Origin: Podarcis filfolensis
Taxonomy: Eukaryota
Direction: 5' to 3' (one strand)
NCBI GenBank assembly: GCA_964270895.1
Contig: OZ185447.1
DNA length: 64,000 bases
Below the pieces are notes generated by a model. That model did no database searches. It was not told the origin of the DNA and was given only the letters and a program-made list of their open reading frames with translations. Shown here piece after piece: positions 1-11,527 of the stretch (positions are counted from its first letter, which is position 1; the number at the start of each line of letters is the position of its first letter). A program made the position numbers and the translations under genes.

Positions 1-70
1 TTTTGTTATTATCAGTGATGGCTAGGTTTACAGTGACATGGTAGCCATCCTAGCCACTCCTCAGACTAAG

Positions 71-190
71 TAGGGCCTTTGGCCCTCCAGATGTTGCTGA
101 ACTGCAACTCCCATCAGCCCCAGCAAGCATGACCTGGGATTATGGGAGTTGTAGTTCAGCATCATCTGGAGGGCTAAAGGTTCCCGACAT
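71..190. mobile_element. Short palindromic non-autonomous DNA element (hAT-like MITE, squamate family)
   Basis: Internal inverted repeat ccagatgttgctgaactgcaactcccatca ... gggagttgtagttcagcatcatctgg; related copies at 44785-44912 and 50138-50270. Confidence 0.7.
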
Positions 191-1237
191 CCACTTTAAA
201 GCTTCCTTCTCTCAGCTCCCCACAAAAGCCAGTTCTTCCTTTTGACAAGAGGAGATAGAGGTGACTGATGAAGCGGACTGTGGAGATGGGATTTGGCGGC
301 CATCTTAGAAAAACCACCTTAAGGACCTGAAGTGACACTAAGGACTTGGCAGCTGTATTGGAGCAAACCAACTTCAGGAAACCTGCCCCATGTCTTCATA
401 TATTGAGCCAAACTAGATTATTATTTGCTAGAAACTTCCCTCATCCAAATGGTGCGGTGGGGGCAGAGGGACGCACAGGTGCTGAGGGTAATTATTGCTT
501 CTGTGGATTGTCACGCGCTGTCTCCTGCCGGATGGGGAGCAGTTGTTACCTTGCCATGTCCTCTCCTCTCCTTCGCAGCGTCACTGCCACACCCTCACAA
601 CCCCCAGTGGTGTGTAATTTGTATGTAGGTTTTTAAAAATTAAGACTTGGTGCAATAAGACACCCCCTCTCTCAGCGGAGTGGGAGTTGCTGTAATAAAG
701 ACAACTGTGTAACCATCTGATGGTGTGTGTTTTTAATTTGGTGGGAGGTTTTATATAAGGATCTTGAAGAATAACTGGATTGTTGGGGGCGGGTTGCTCA
801 GCCACAGTTCCCAGCTCTGAATTTAACTGCATTCTGAAAGGGTTGAGAAAGTCAATATGGTCAAGTGCTCACAGTGCTCTGTATGCTTAGATTTGGTCCT
901 GGATCCTAATCTCATGGATGAGGTTGATCAAACTGCACAATCTTGATTATGTGGGCAGTTTGAGTCTTTAGGAAGGAGGCAGGAGGCTCTAGGATGCTGC
1001 CAGAGTCTTGTGCCTCTTTACCTGGCTTTGGGAAGGCAATGCAAGGGCTTGTGGCAGGGTGTGTGTGTGTGTGCAAATGTCGCAGAGGGCCACCAGAAAA
1101 TACACTGAGGGCTACGTGTTGGACCACCCTGAATTAAATTCAGTTTTCCTTGCGAGTTTTCCTGTTGGGCAGAGAATTGGCACAGACACAAAAGCTTTGC
1201 AGGAAACAGGGACAGACACGGCCTTCATGCATCTGAG

Positions 1238-1243
1238 TTTATT
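1238..1243 (-). terminator. PRRT2: Probable distal poly(A) signal (AATAAA) of PRRT2
   Basis: tttatt on + = AATAAA on -, followed on the - strand by GU/U-rich gtgtctgtccctgtttcc...tttgtgtctgtg and preceded by U-rich UTR-like sequence. Confidence 0.55.
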
Positions 1244-3425
1244 TACTCGATTCATGCGTTGATACAAAAATCTGTAGCAGTTTATAATTTGACCTTCTCC
1301 CGCCCCGCCCCACCCACCATTTCTTTATACAAACTGATAATAGGATTTGTAATATTTCTTGGAACTCCCCACCCCCACCCTACACACAAAAAAACCAAAA
1401 CAAAATTCTGAATCTTATGAAAGGATTTGATTGGTCCCAGACTCAGGAAGACCCCACCCTTTCCTGTTTTTAATATAATAATTTTAACTAGCAGGCACAA
1501 ATAATGCAGAACCGAGCAGAATGATGAACAGTAACAAATAAGTTACAAAATAAGCAAATCTAGTGAATAAAAGTGCTTACCCATTTTTGCTCAACATTAT
1601 GTTACGAGCGCTATATGGAAAACAATATGTGATTTGTTTTTTTGGAATGATGGCATGATAGAAATCGGTTCTCCTGGCGGAAATAGACCTGTTTCCACAT
1701 CTCCCCATCAGGAAAGATGGTGGAAATTTATATTTTCACTGAGACAGTGTTGCAGAGGGATAGGAAGTGTCAGGCTGTGACGTTTCCTGTTCCCTCCTCA
1801 ACGCCACTACATATGAAGGCACGCTTAGCGCTCCACGAAGTGAAAAACTAAACTACGTCTCAAAAACGGGGGGGGGGGGGAATACAAAATAAAATCTCCC
1901 TCTTGTTCTTTCCCCCCCTAAAAACCTCACCCTGCCCCGAATTGTATAATAGTAAAGCAAACTTCATTCTTCAGCATCCAAAATTTTGCCCCACCCCAAA
2001 TATGAAAACATCTATCAAGCATCATGTCAAAGATATAGGTTATGTGGTTTTTCATTCAATAACGGATACGTGTAAATGTAAAACCCCTCTCCCCCAACAA
2101 ACAGTCTCTCCTATCGTTCCATAGGCGCCTCCTCAAATTCTGCTTTTAACCCCCCTTCGTGCCCCACCCTCTCCTGGCCCCCAGGGTCTGGTGGTGGTTT
2201 GAAGCATGGTTTTGAGTGTAAAACAAGGCAACAGATTATTTTGTAGACCGGGGGTGGGTGGGTGGGAAGGGGCAAATGGTAAGGTAGCTTTGAGAGAACA
2301 TCTGCTGCAATGGAACCTCTCCTTTCAGATTGCATCGTGGACCCCAACTTTGATTTTAACTCTCAGATCAGCAGTCGATTCTATTTAGCAGGTCACTTGG
2401 AGTTAGCTGCTACAGGATGGCGGTTGCAGGATGAAGGTCCTTCTCTCCAAGTGGACTGTGGGCCAATCCACTGCCCTTCTTGCTAAAGAGAGGACTGGAT
2501 ACCTCCCTCTCGGTGGGCTGGCTATAACTAAACAGGCCCCAGTTACTGAAGTTCTAATTCTTCCCTGTTATTTGCAATCCATCCCAAAACAATTCTTTGT
2601 TCCTGACCCCATCCTGTTTGAGATTTGGGTTTCCTGAATCCCGCTGAACCCACCTCTCCTTCCATTTTGGTCCCGCTGGTATTCCAACTCCCACCAAACC
2701 GAACCCTATTTTCCCTCCTCTAAGAGACCGCCATTCACCTGCCAGCCCCCTCACCACTTTCCTGACCCCCTTTCCCCCTCAAAGCCGTCCTTCCTATTGA
2801 CTTTCACACCATAATACACTCTGAGCTCTCTCCTCCCTTCCAAGTTTCTGATTCACCCCTCAACTTTCCCTCCCCCCAAATATAAGCATATAAAAACATG
2901 CAGATTAGAATACTTGCATTTCAACATCAAAATACAACAGCTTTCCCCTGCCATCCCTTCCCACCTTAGAGAGTTACAGTCTCCAGGAAGCGGGAGAAAA
3001 ACAACAAAATTGCCCTGCCTTCTACGCCATGCACCCATCAAAGGGAGAGCAAAATTATTATTTTTCTGAAGGATAGTTGAGGGAAGGTCAGAGGTTAATA
3101 ATTCGTGCAGATGGGATTAACGGGGGGGGGGAGTTTAAGGTCACCCCCTCACCCTAAATAAAGCCCTGTGACATCCTCCGAGCACAGATTTTAAAGGAGG
3201 AGGCCATTATACCACCCCTTCCCCCATATTCCCTCCCCCCCTCCCCAGCCCCATTGAATAACAGTCTGAGAAACAAAGCAAAAAATTAGTCACATTGTGC
3301 CGGGTGAAAATTCGTGTCTGACACACACACAATTCTTTGCTGGTGCCCTTCCCCCACCCACCCCACCCACCCAGTTGTCTCTGTCCAGTAGCATACACAG
3401 TTGTCCATCAGGCCCTTTAAAAATA

Positions 3426-3443
3426 GTTGTTGTTGTTGTTGTT
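3426..3443. repeat. (GTT)6 microsatellite
   Basis: Read directly. Confidence 0.9.
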
Positions 3444-5970
3444 GTCGTTTGGTATGGAGTGTATGCTCTCTTGTGTATTCCTCCGTCAGTGAAGTACAGT
3501 TCGACTCTCCTCTACCGGCGCCCCTTTCGTGTTCAGTTGCTCCGCTTTCCAGTGTGATCTTAACACTCTTCTCCAGCCTTTTGCTCCGCAGGGCTTGCTC
3601 GCTCTTATCTGCTTCCCTTCGCAGGACACCCAACACACACACAGTTCCTCTTCCAGCGGATTTTAAACTGGCCTGGGTCATCATTTTCACATCCAGAGGG
3701 AGTTTATAGGCTTTGGTGCTTCCTTCGCCAGCTGATCTTATACATTAGCCTTTCATTCTGCAATTCTGTGTATATAACTTTCCCCATCCAGCAGTTTTTC
3801 AACTTGTTTTCAGGGGGGCGTGTCTTATCACACATCTCTCTCAGTCTCTTTCTCACTCACACCTTTCTGCTTTGAACCTCTTTTCCTGGCCTTGGTGTTT
3901 TCTCACTCCTTAGTTCCTGCTCTGTTTCTTTTGTCACGAGTGTGCGATTGCTGACCTCCCCTATCCATTCTGCCTTTCAAAAATGGCCTCGTGCCAGAAC
4001 TGAGCAAACACATTCAGATTTCCTGGTGTGGCCGGCAAACTTAATGCCAAAGGGCTTGGCCTAAACAGCTTTCTATGCCCTCCTAACTGCCTCCATTGCC
4101 TCTTGTGTGTGCTCCAGTCTGCCCTGTTGCTGCCCTAAATCCATGCCAACTTGGGATAAAGGCAGGATATAAATAAGCAAATGTCTCAGCTGACTCCCAC
4201 CCCAACCGGATACTTTCAGTTTCTCTTAATCAGTGTTCGGCCAAGCTTCGCTTCTCCTAAATAGCCACATATGTCAACATGACAAACACCAAAATAGCTT
4301 AAAGACTAACCAATGTATTATGGCATAAATGTAGTTTGTGGAAGTTTATGCCATGACATTTGATGGCCTTTAAGGTGCCACAAGGCCCTTAGTCTTTTGC
4401 AGCAAAAGCAACAAAACAACTTTTTTATTTATGGTGCTTTTTCTTTTACCACTTTAAGTCGGGTTTGAGAAGAAACACAGGGAATGGGGGCTGGGGTAAA
4501 CAGGATGCCTTTTGGATAAGGACATCATGAAAACCACACAAAAACCATGCACTTCGAAATGCCATGTGTAGGCATCCCCGCTTCTCTGAAAATGTAAACA
4601 CAACTGAGCATTGTCTCACCTCAAAAACTAATTTATTGCTGCATAAGCTTCTGTAGACTAGAGTCTACCTTATCAGAAGAATGGAGTATACATAATTGGG
4701 AGACAGGAGAGGGTAGACAAAGATGAGCAAGATCGGAGGAAAATCTGCTGAAAAAGTACAGACTGTGACAGCTGTCAATGCCCAAATAAATGCATCATCA
4801 AAGCTGTGTTGATGGTAACACCTGAATCCTGGCATTGGTAAGCTACGTGTATTAATTGGCTTACCAAGGTCAGGGTGCCTGTGTTATTATCAATACTACT
4901 TTGTCAACTAGTTTGCCTACATTTTACGTCATTGTCACAATCTGACCTTTTTGCATTATGTTTCGCTCTGACCTCACTCCTCACCCCGCCATTTAGATGA
5001 GCCTGCAAACTCAGGTTACCACTTGATTCATCTGTACATGACAGCTTAAGCCACAAGACACCATTATTCTCTTAAGGGGCCACAGACCTCTTCTGTTGTA
5101 TTTGCTGCAACAGACTAACAAGGCTACCCCTCTGGAAACAGCTAGACATCCTGCCTTTTCCTGCTTCCATTTAGACCCATGTTCTGCTTTCCTTTTCCCT
5201 GCTGAAGAACCCTATGCAACCCAACACCCTGTGGCCCTGCTCTAATACCAGCAACTGGACTTCTAGAGGAAAAAGAGATACCTTGGCCCATGCTCTCTTT
5301 TCTTCTGAATGGGGTGCCTACTAATACTGTTCTCTATCCTTCCCAGTTTCATTCATTCCAGCAACTTTCTCATGTAAAAATGCAGCAGTACCAGTTCTAT
5401 TCCTTCATGACTGGTGGGTTTTTGTTCCCCTCTTGGCTCATTTGCCATTCTTCCAACTTCTTGAGCTGCCCTTTTTTCCCTTCTTCCTCTTTTGTACTTG
5501 CGCCTTCATCTTGGAGAGTAGTGTCACCTCTTCCCCCCCCCCCCATAAAACCCACCACCACTCTTACCAGTCTGTTCCCTTCTTTGCAAGGCCCTTGGCT
5601 CCTTCTTTCTCCTCCATTGCCTCTTCCACAATTTCCACTTTCACGCTCCAACTTCCACCGGTCCCATTTGTTAGAATCATTTTGCTCAGTGCTGTATTCC
5701 CTCGACATTGATTTTATTCATTTCTCCAGCCAATACCATAAATTTCACTGCCGTTCTCTTTCCTGTTGAGTGGCTGGGTGATGGATTCGGTTATACAAGC
5801 CAACCTCCACGCCTATGTGTGTGTGTTGCCACCAAATCCAGGCAGCTTTGGCCTCCTTGTTAGCAAACCTCCTCTGACGCAACAGTTAACTCACTGCAAC
5901 AAACTCCCACCTGCAAAACGCTCAGTGGGCTCTGGTGGGCTCTTCCCTGCTTGTTCCTGCTTGCTGTCTT

Positions 5971-6131
5971 TGTAAACACGACGGATGAGAGCAGGAGACC
6001 TAAGAAGTGTTTCCTCTCTTGCTGCTGCTGGTTCTGTTCATTTGTTCCCAGCAAACATGTAAACATGCTCCCCACCTCCTTCCCAGGGGGGTGGGGAAAA
6101 AGAGCTTTTCTCCGGCAGGTTCTTGTAAACA
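5971..6131 (-). promoter_or_regulatory. Cluster of three miR-30 family 8mer target sites (TGTTTACA) in the presumed PRRT2 3'UTR
   Basis: tgtaaaca on + at 5971-5978, 6058-6065 and 6124-6131; a fourth at 4593-4600. Confidence 0.6.
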
Positions 6132-7697
6132 TGGAATATCGAAAGAGTTTTATTTGCTGTCGAAATTTGGCAGTGGATGGAAGATGGGCAGATGGGTCAT
6201 TGGTTGAACAGATGACTGGATGGATGGAAGGAGAGTGAGAGAGAGTGCAGAGAGAGGGAGAAAATGGCGGAGAGGAAAGAGGAGATGAGAATACCTCCCC
6301 ATCTAACTTTTGTTTTCTTTCTCCTGTTTCACCTTATTTTTGGTTAGCTAAAATCCCTAGAAGGATGGGACACATGCAAGCATAACAAAGACGTTGTTTC
6401 TCTCAGTTTCGCTCTCTCGTGTCCCTCTCTCTTTCTCTCTCTCATCTCCGTTCTTGTGCTCCTGTTTTTGCATGGTTCAGAGATGGATGGGGACATGGGA
6501 TGGATGTTCTGTACTCATGCTGGCTCCCAGCTCCAAAGATGAACGTTTCGGTGCTAGGGATGAAGTGGCAAGTTGAGTGCCGCCTTCACTGGAACACTGA
6601 GGGGTTCGGGTGGGGAAGGAGAGGGATTCAGGGGCAAGGCGGGTTGGGGTTGGGGTAGCGGAATAAGAACACAGGGAAGGAGAACAGAAGAAGGAGATTT
6701 TTACTACCTGGAAAGAAACATGAAGGGGAAAACATTTTCACACATGCCCCAATTCAACCTCCCCACACCTGGCTTCCACTAGAATCTGGAGCATGTGGGA
6801 ACAGGTCATTGGGAAAGCAAAATGGAGGCTAAGGAGGCAACGTCAGGGGAAGGTCTGATGGGTGCACTTATTTTCTCCTTTTTTCGTTTTTGGCTGCTTT
6901 AGGTATGCTGGCAACAGGAAGCAGGGAAGTTAGGATGGGAAAGGGTTCTGAGGAGACACTGGTAGTTATGAAGATGGCCTGCTGCGTAGAATTAGGGCCA
7001 AGGTTGTGGCTGAAGGCCAAGGCCAACATAACCTTACGAAAAGCACTGTGTAATGCGAGGGGAGGGGAGGCTGTAGCCATCCAAATGTTTTTGGGATTCC
7101 CATTTCCATCAGCCTGGGTTAAAGGTCAGGCTTAGTGGGAGTTGTAACATCTGGAGAAAACATCTGGAGGACCACAGGTTCCCCATATCTGGGATAATGT
7201 GTAATAATTTTGGGGAAAAAATAAGCAATAGCTGTGCTCAGGGAGGGGGTTGCTCTGAAGGGAGGACATGAAAAGCAGAGCATACAGCAAAAGGGATAAA
7301 ACTGACCATTTCAAGAAGCTGCCATTTCCTCCAGAGGGTTAGGAAGAAAATGGAGGTGTTGGGGACAACTTTATGAGGAAAAGAAAAGCTCTTTTCTTTT
7401 GAGAAGGAAAGGCATGGAACTTGCCTCACTCCTCAGGTAACAGTGATCCTGGCTGCTCTCCTGAACTCTCAAAATACTTTTGTAAGTGTACACAGCAGGA
7501 TATGAAAGGGGTAGGAGAGGCAGTCCCTTTCGTTGATTTGGTTTCTAACCCCCCAAAAAAACCCCCCACCTTTCACACCCTTCTTGAGTTTTGGCAACAA
7601 AATGTTGTGGCGTGGAGTGCTCCCTATATTCAGTGTTCCAGCCAGCCATGCTTCCTCCATCCCACGTCCACCCTTGTCTTTCCTTCCCAACAGATAG

Positions 7698-7800
7698 TAA
7701 TAATAATAATTTATTATTTATACCACGCCCATCTGGGCGGCTTCCAACAAAATATTAAAATACAATAGTCTGTTAAACCTTAAAAGCTTCCCTAAACAGA
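7698..7800 (-). mobile_element. 3' end fragment of an L2/CR1-clade LINE
   Basis: Reverse complement of the recurrent squamate LINE tail (tttagggaagcttttaa...ttggaagccgcccaga..tgggcgtggtataaataataaattattatt). Confidence 0.6.
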
Positions 7801-8218
7801 CACTCAGCATTTCATGATTTCTGAGCATGCTTAGCCCTTCCTGGGCTCCTTCAGGTTGGGGGCTTCATGGAGTTTTCTTCTATTCTCCCCTCCCCCAACA
7901 TCATCTCCTGGAAAATTCCACAAACTTACTGATCCCTCCCCTTTTTTCTCTCAGTAGCCCCATTTTGGCTACAGAATTAACTTAGCACCTGCATTATATA
8001 TGTATATTATCTCTCCACTGATAAGCCTCTCTCTTAAGAAGGGCAACTCTTACAAAGATAGCCAATTTGGAGCAGCTTCCCCTTACTTTAAGTGGCCCCC
8101 TCTATTCCACTGGCTCAGAGAGAGGTCACAATCTGATACAAACATATATTCTTGACTAGAAATTGCACCATCTGTTTGTTTATTTCATAAAATTTATACA
8201 CCCCTTGACTATAAAGTA

Positions 8219-9024
8219 CCGTATTTTTTGCACCATAACACTCACTTTTTTCCTCCTAGAAAGTAAGGGGAAATGTCTGTGCGTGTTATGGAGGGAATGT
8301 CTACGGGTGGCGGGGGCGGGGGATCTGCTGAAGTCGTGAGCAGAGGATCCATGATTCCCCTTCCTTCCCTCCTCCGTGGCTCGCTTTGAAACAGCAAAGC
8401 GGGAGAAGAGCCACTGAGTGAAGAGGAGAGAGCGACAGAGAGCCTGCTTGCTTTACAGGAGCAAAGCGGGAGAGGAAAGGAGCCTTCTCCCCTTATACCC
8501 CTCTTCTTCATTATTAGCAGCATCCTTCTCCACCCACCCCACGCATGCTTCTTCTCCCCTGAAACCCCTCTTCTGCATTATTAACAGCATCCTTCTCCAC
8601 ACACCCCACATGTGCTCCTTGTCCCTTGAGTGCTTTTCCTTCCCTCCCCACTTAAAACGTGGTTACAAAGCACGGATCCACATGCATCCTCAGGATTTTT
8701 GCACTGGGTCACCCCAAATTCACCATCAGATCACATAACATGTCCATGGCTACATCTTGCACCAAAGAAATCACGCACCCGCTGTTGCCTGGGGCCGCAG
8801 TGGTGCAAAAACGTGGTTACAAAGCATGGATGCACATGGATCCTCAGGATTTTTGCATTGGGCTACTCCAAACTCACTGTCAGATCACATGTCTGTGGCC
8901 ACAGCATGAACCACAAAAATCATACATCCACTGTTTCGTTTATAATATTTTTTTTCTTGTTTTCCTCCTCTAAAAACTACGTGCGTGTTATGGTCGGGTG
9001 CGTGTTATAGAGCGAAAAATACGG
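8219..9024. mobile_element. Non-autonomous Tc1/mariner (Tc2/pogo-group-like) DNA transposon
   Basis: Imperfect TIRs ccgtattttttgcaccataacac / gtgttatagagcgaaaaatacgg, TA on both sides (8217-8218, 9025-9026); internal ~155-bp duplication. Confidence 0.8.
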
Positions 9025-9458
9025 TAAAATTGGTTTAAAACAATACTTTTCTGACTAAGCGCTGAGTGCTGTGGCAGATGCTGACTTTTTAAATGGCAAT
9101 ATTAAGGATTCTAAGAATAATATATTCTCCTCTGGCCTGATGGTGTCCCACAGGTCGCAGGTCCCCCTCAAAAGCACTCAGGCAGTCAGGATCCAGCCGA
9201 AATACGCTGTCAGGTGGCATGCGTGCAAATGAGCCACCATTCGTGTTTCCATCCCTAGGCTCACTATGTCCCATAATGCTTTGCTAAGCCCTTCTCTGGC
9301 CAAACTGATCGCAAATGTTACTTTTTCCAAAACCCATGAAATCCCATTCTGCTGGTTTCTTCGTACTGCGGCAGAAGACCGGGCAAGGGGTTTAGAGCTT
9401 AAAGGACAAAATGTTTGGACAAGAGTCCTCTCCACCCCCTGGTTCTCGGGATACTCAC

Positions 9459-9591
9459 CTCCAAAGTTGATGGCGCAAGACGCCACGATGATGAGCACCC
9501 CCCCGACCAACGCGACAATGCTCAGCAGCTTTGCTACCCGTCCCAGGCGCCGTGCGCCGTCAATGTCTCCCTGCTGGAAGCTGTTCCGGGA
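9459..9591 (-). CDS. PRRT2: PRRT2 coding exon (CD225/dispanin C-terminal part: [44 protein letters not shown])
   Basis: Acceptor ...cctcgccag| and donor G|gtgagt; 133 nt, phase 0 to 1; near-identical to the recalled human PRRT2 C-terminus. Confidence 0.95.
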
Positions 9592-10881
9592 CTGGCGAGG
9601 AATGAAAAAAGAAAAAGAAAAAGGAGCAAGGGTTTGGTGATTGTCCTGACATACAGCCTTTTGGTTAAAGGAAGAACAGGGAGAATTGAAAGAGAAAACT
9701 CTACACTTGCCTGTATTGTCAGAGGAAAATGGGCCCACACACAGGGGCCCCTCAGCATGGTGCCACCAACACCCACCCCCAAGGCAGTGTGTGCTTCTGT
9801 TTCAGCTGCTATGGCAGCAGCAGCAGCCCCTGCCTTCTGCTGTAGATTTCATAGATCTATAGGCTGGGGCACTGTATTCATCAAGAAAGCAGGCAGTCAC
9901 CACAGACGATACCACTAGAACAGCCATCCAGGGGGTCCGCTGGGAGGTGAATGGCAGCAGAGCTGGGTCAGGCTGGTGAGGGGCCCTTCTGAACCCCTGG
10001 GGCCCTCACCCACTGCCTCACCTGGCTGGCTGCTGGGGAAAAGCCAGGGTTGTGGGGTGAGAGTCTTGCTGTGCTGTCCCAGGCTGGATCCTCAGCACCT
10101 TCAACCAAAGGCATCTCTGGCAGCAGGTGAGGGGAGGACCTTTGCTAAAGAGGCTGTCAATCCGCTGTCAGTTCAAGGGGACAGCAGCCAGGGGGCCTGA
10201 CCTGTCACGAGGGGGCTGCATCAGTGCATGGGGTTTGGGAGAGGACCTATTGCTATGCCATTGGCAAGAAGCCAAGAAGCCAAGAAGTTGAGATCCTTCT
10301 TGGCTGCTGCTTGGATGGAAGCAATCTCTGAGCTTCCTAAAGGAAGAACGAGACACAAGAAAACAGAATTTAAGCCTGTGATCCTATGCCCACCTGGAAG
10401 TAAACCTCATGTAGCTCAACGGAACTTACTTCTGAGTAGACACAGAAACAATTGTGCAGTGAGAGGCTCGTAGGGTGGTAGTGTGTGCTCAAAATGGATT
10501 TGGGTGGATTGTGAATGGTCAGCTGGCATGAGCCGCCAAACCTATTTTGCTACATTTAGCGGGTTTTACCAAATAGGAGACCTGAAGGAAACTTTCTAGT
10601 AGGTTGGTTGACTCTCAGAGAGGTGTCCCAGACTGCCTTCTTGTGTGGGTAGATTTATCTGTGAGGAGATGCTCCAGTCTGAGATTTTAAGCAGCAGACT
10701 GAGCCACTTCCAAATTAGTGGCCTTGCTCTTTGGCTGAGGAGGAGATTGACCCACAACCTCAAGGGGCAAACGAAAGAGAAAAGTGACAAGGAAGCGCTA
10801 CTGTGGGGACAGCCTTGGTGCTGGTGGGTGTATCAAAGCAGCAGGTGGCTCTCCTAGTGTTCCAGGACGCACAAACCAAAT

Positions 10882-10904
10882 ACACACACACACACACACA
10901 CACA
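10882..10904. repeat. (CA)n microsatellite in PRRT2 intron
   Basis: Read directly. Confidence 0.9.
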
Positions 10905-10927
10905 GGCGCCACTCCCTTTGCACTTAC

Positions 10928-11527
10928 CATGACAGAATACACAAAGGCGACGATGTTGATAGGCCAGATTGGGCAGAAACAGGAGAGGGCAGCAATGAAT
11001 ATGTAGTCTCTCGGTTTCTCCCCAGCTTCACCAGCTGCCGATCCTGTTGCAGAGGCCTGCCGGCTCAGGCTGGCCCGCGGAGACCCCGCGGATCCCGCTA
11101 AGTGCACCTGAGACCCGGACAAACTGCCCCTCACGACAGCCCTTGGGCCGCCATTGATGCTGTTCTGAGGCTTCAGGTCATTCAACGACGCCGACTTGGA
11201 GCGGGCTGGGGGGCTAGTGGGTGGGGCCGGGGTGGTCCCTATCTCCTCAGCTGAGCCAGCCCTAATCCCCGGGGGGTCCCCATTCTCCTGCGGCTCCCCC
11301 ACCGTCTCCTCCTCAATGGTCACCGTCACCATCACAGGCGATGCGGGGGTCTCTGGGCCTTTGGGGCTCTTAGGTGGGGACTGCGGCTTGGGCTGCTCCT
11401 CAAGTTTCCCCTCCTCCTCCTCCTCCTGGGCATGATCCTCAGGCTTCCCCTGCTCCTGCTTCTCCTCCTCCTTCCCTTGCTGCTCCTGTTCTGGGGGAGC
11501 CTCGTTCTTCTCAGCGTCGTCCGACAT
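10928..11527 (-). CDS. PRRT2: PRRT2 first coding exon (200 aa: acidic/proline-rich N-terminus plus first hydrophobic segment DYIFIAALSCFCPIWPINIVAFVYSVM)
   Basis: Acceptor tcctctaatccag| upstream of 11540, ATG in cctgccATGT context, donor ATG|gtaagt at 10927; KPRDYI..LSCFCP.WP.NIVAF motif typical of PRRT2. Confidence 0.95.

Noticed and set aside
3286-3709. Stack of overlapping ORFs, including a poly-Q and a poly-C/V stretch
   Set aside because: Homopolymers come from the (GTT)6 microsatellite; the region reads as UTR-like, with no family similarity I recognise.
5290-5769. 159-aa + strand ORF and overlapping ORFs
   Set aside because: Pyrimidine-rich low-complexity sequence antisense to the presumed PRRT2 UTR.
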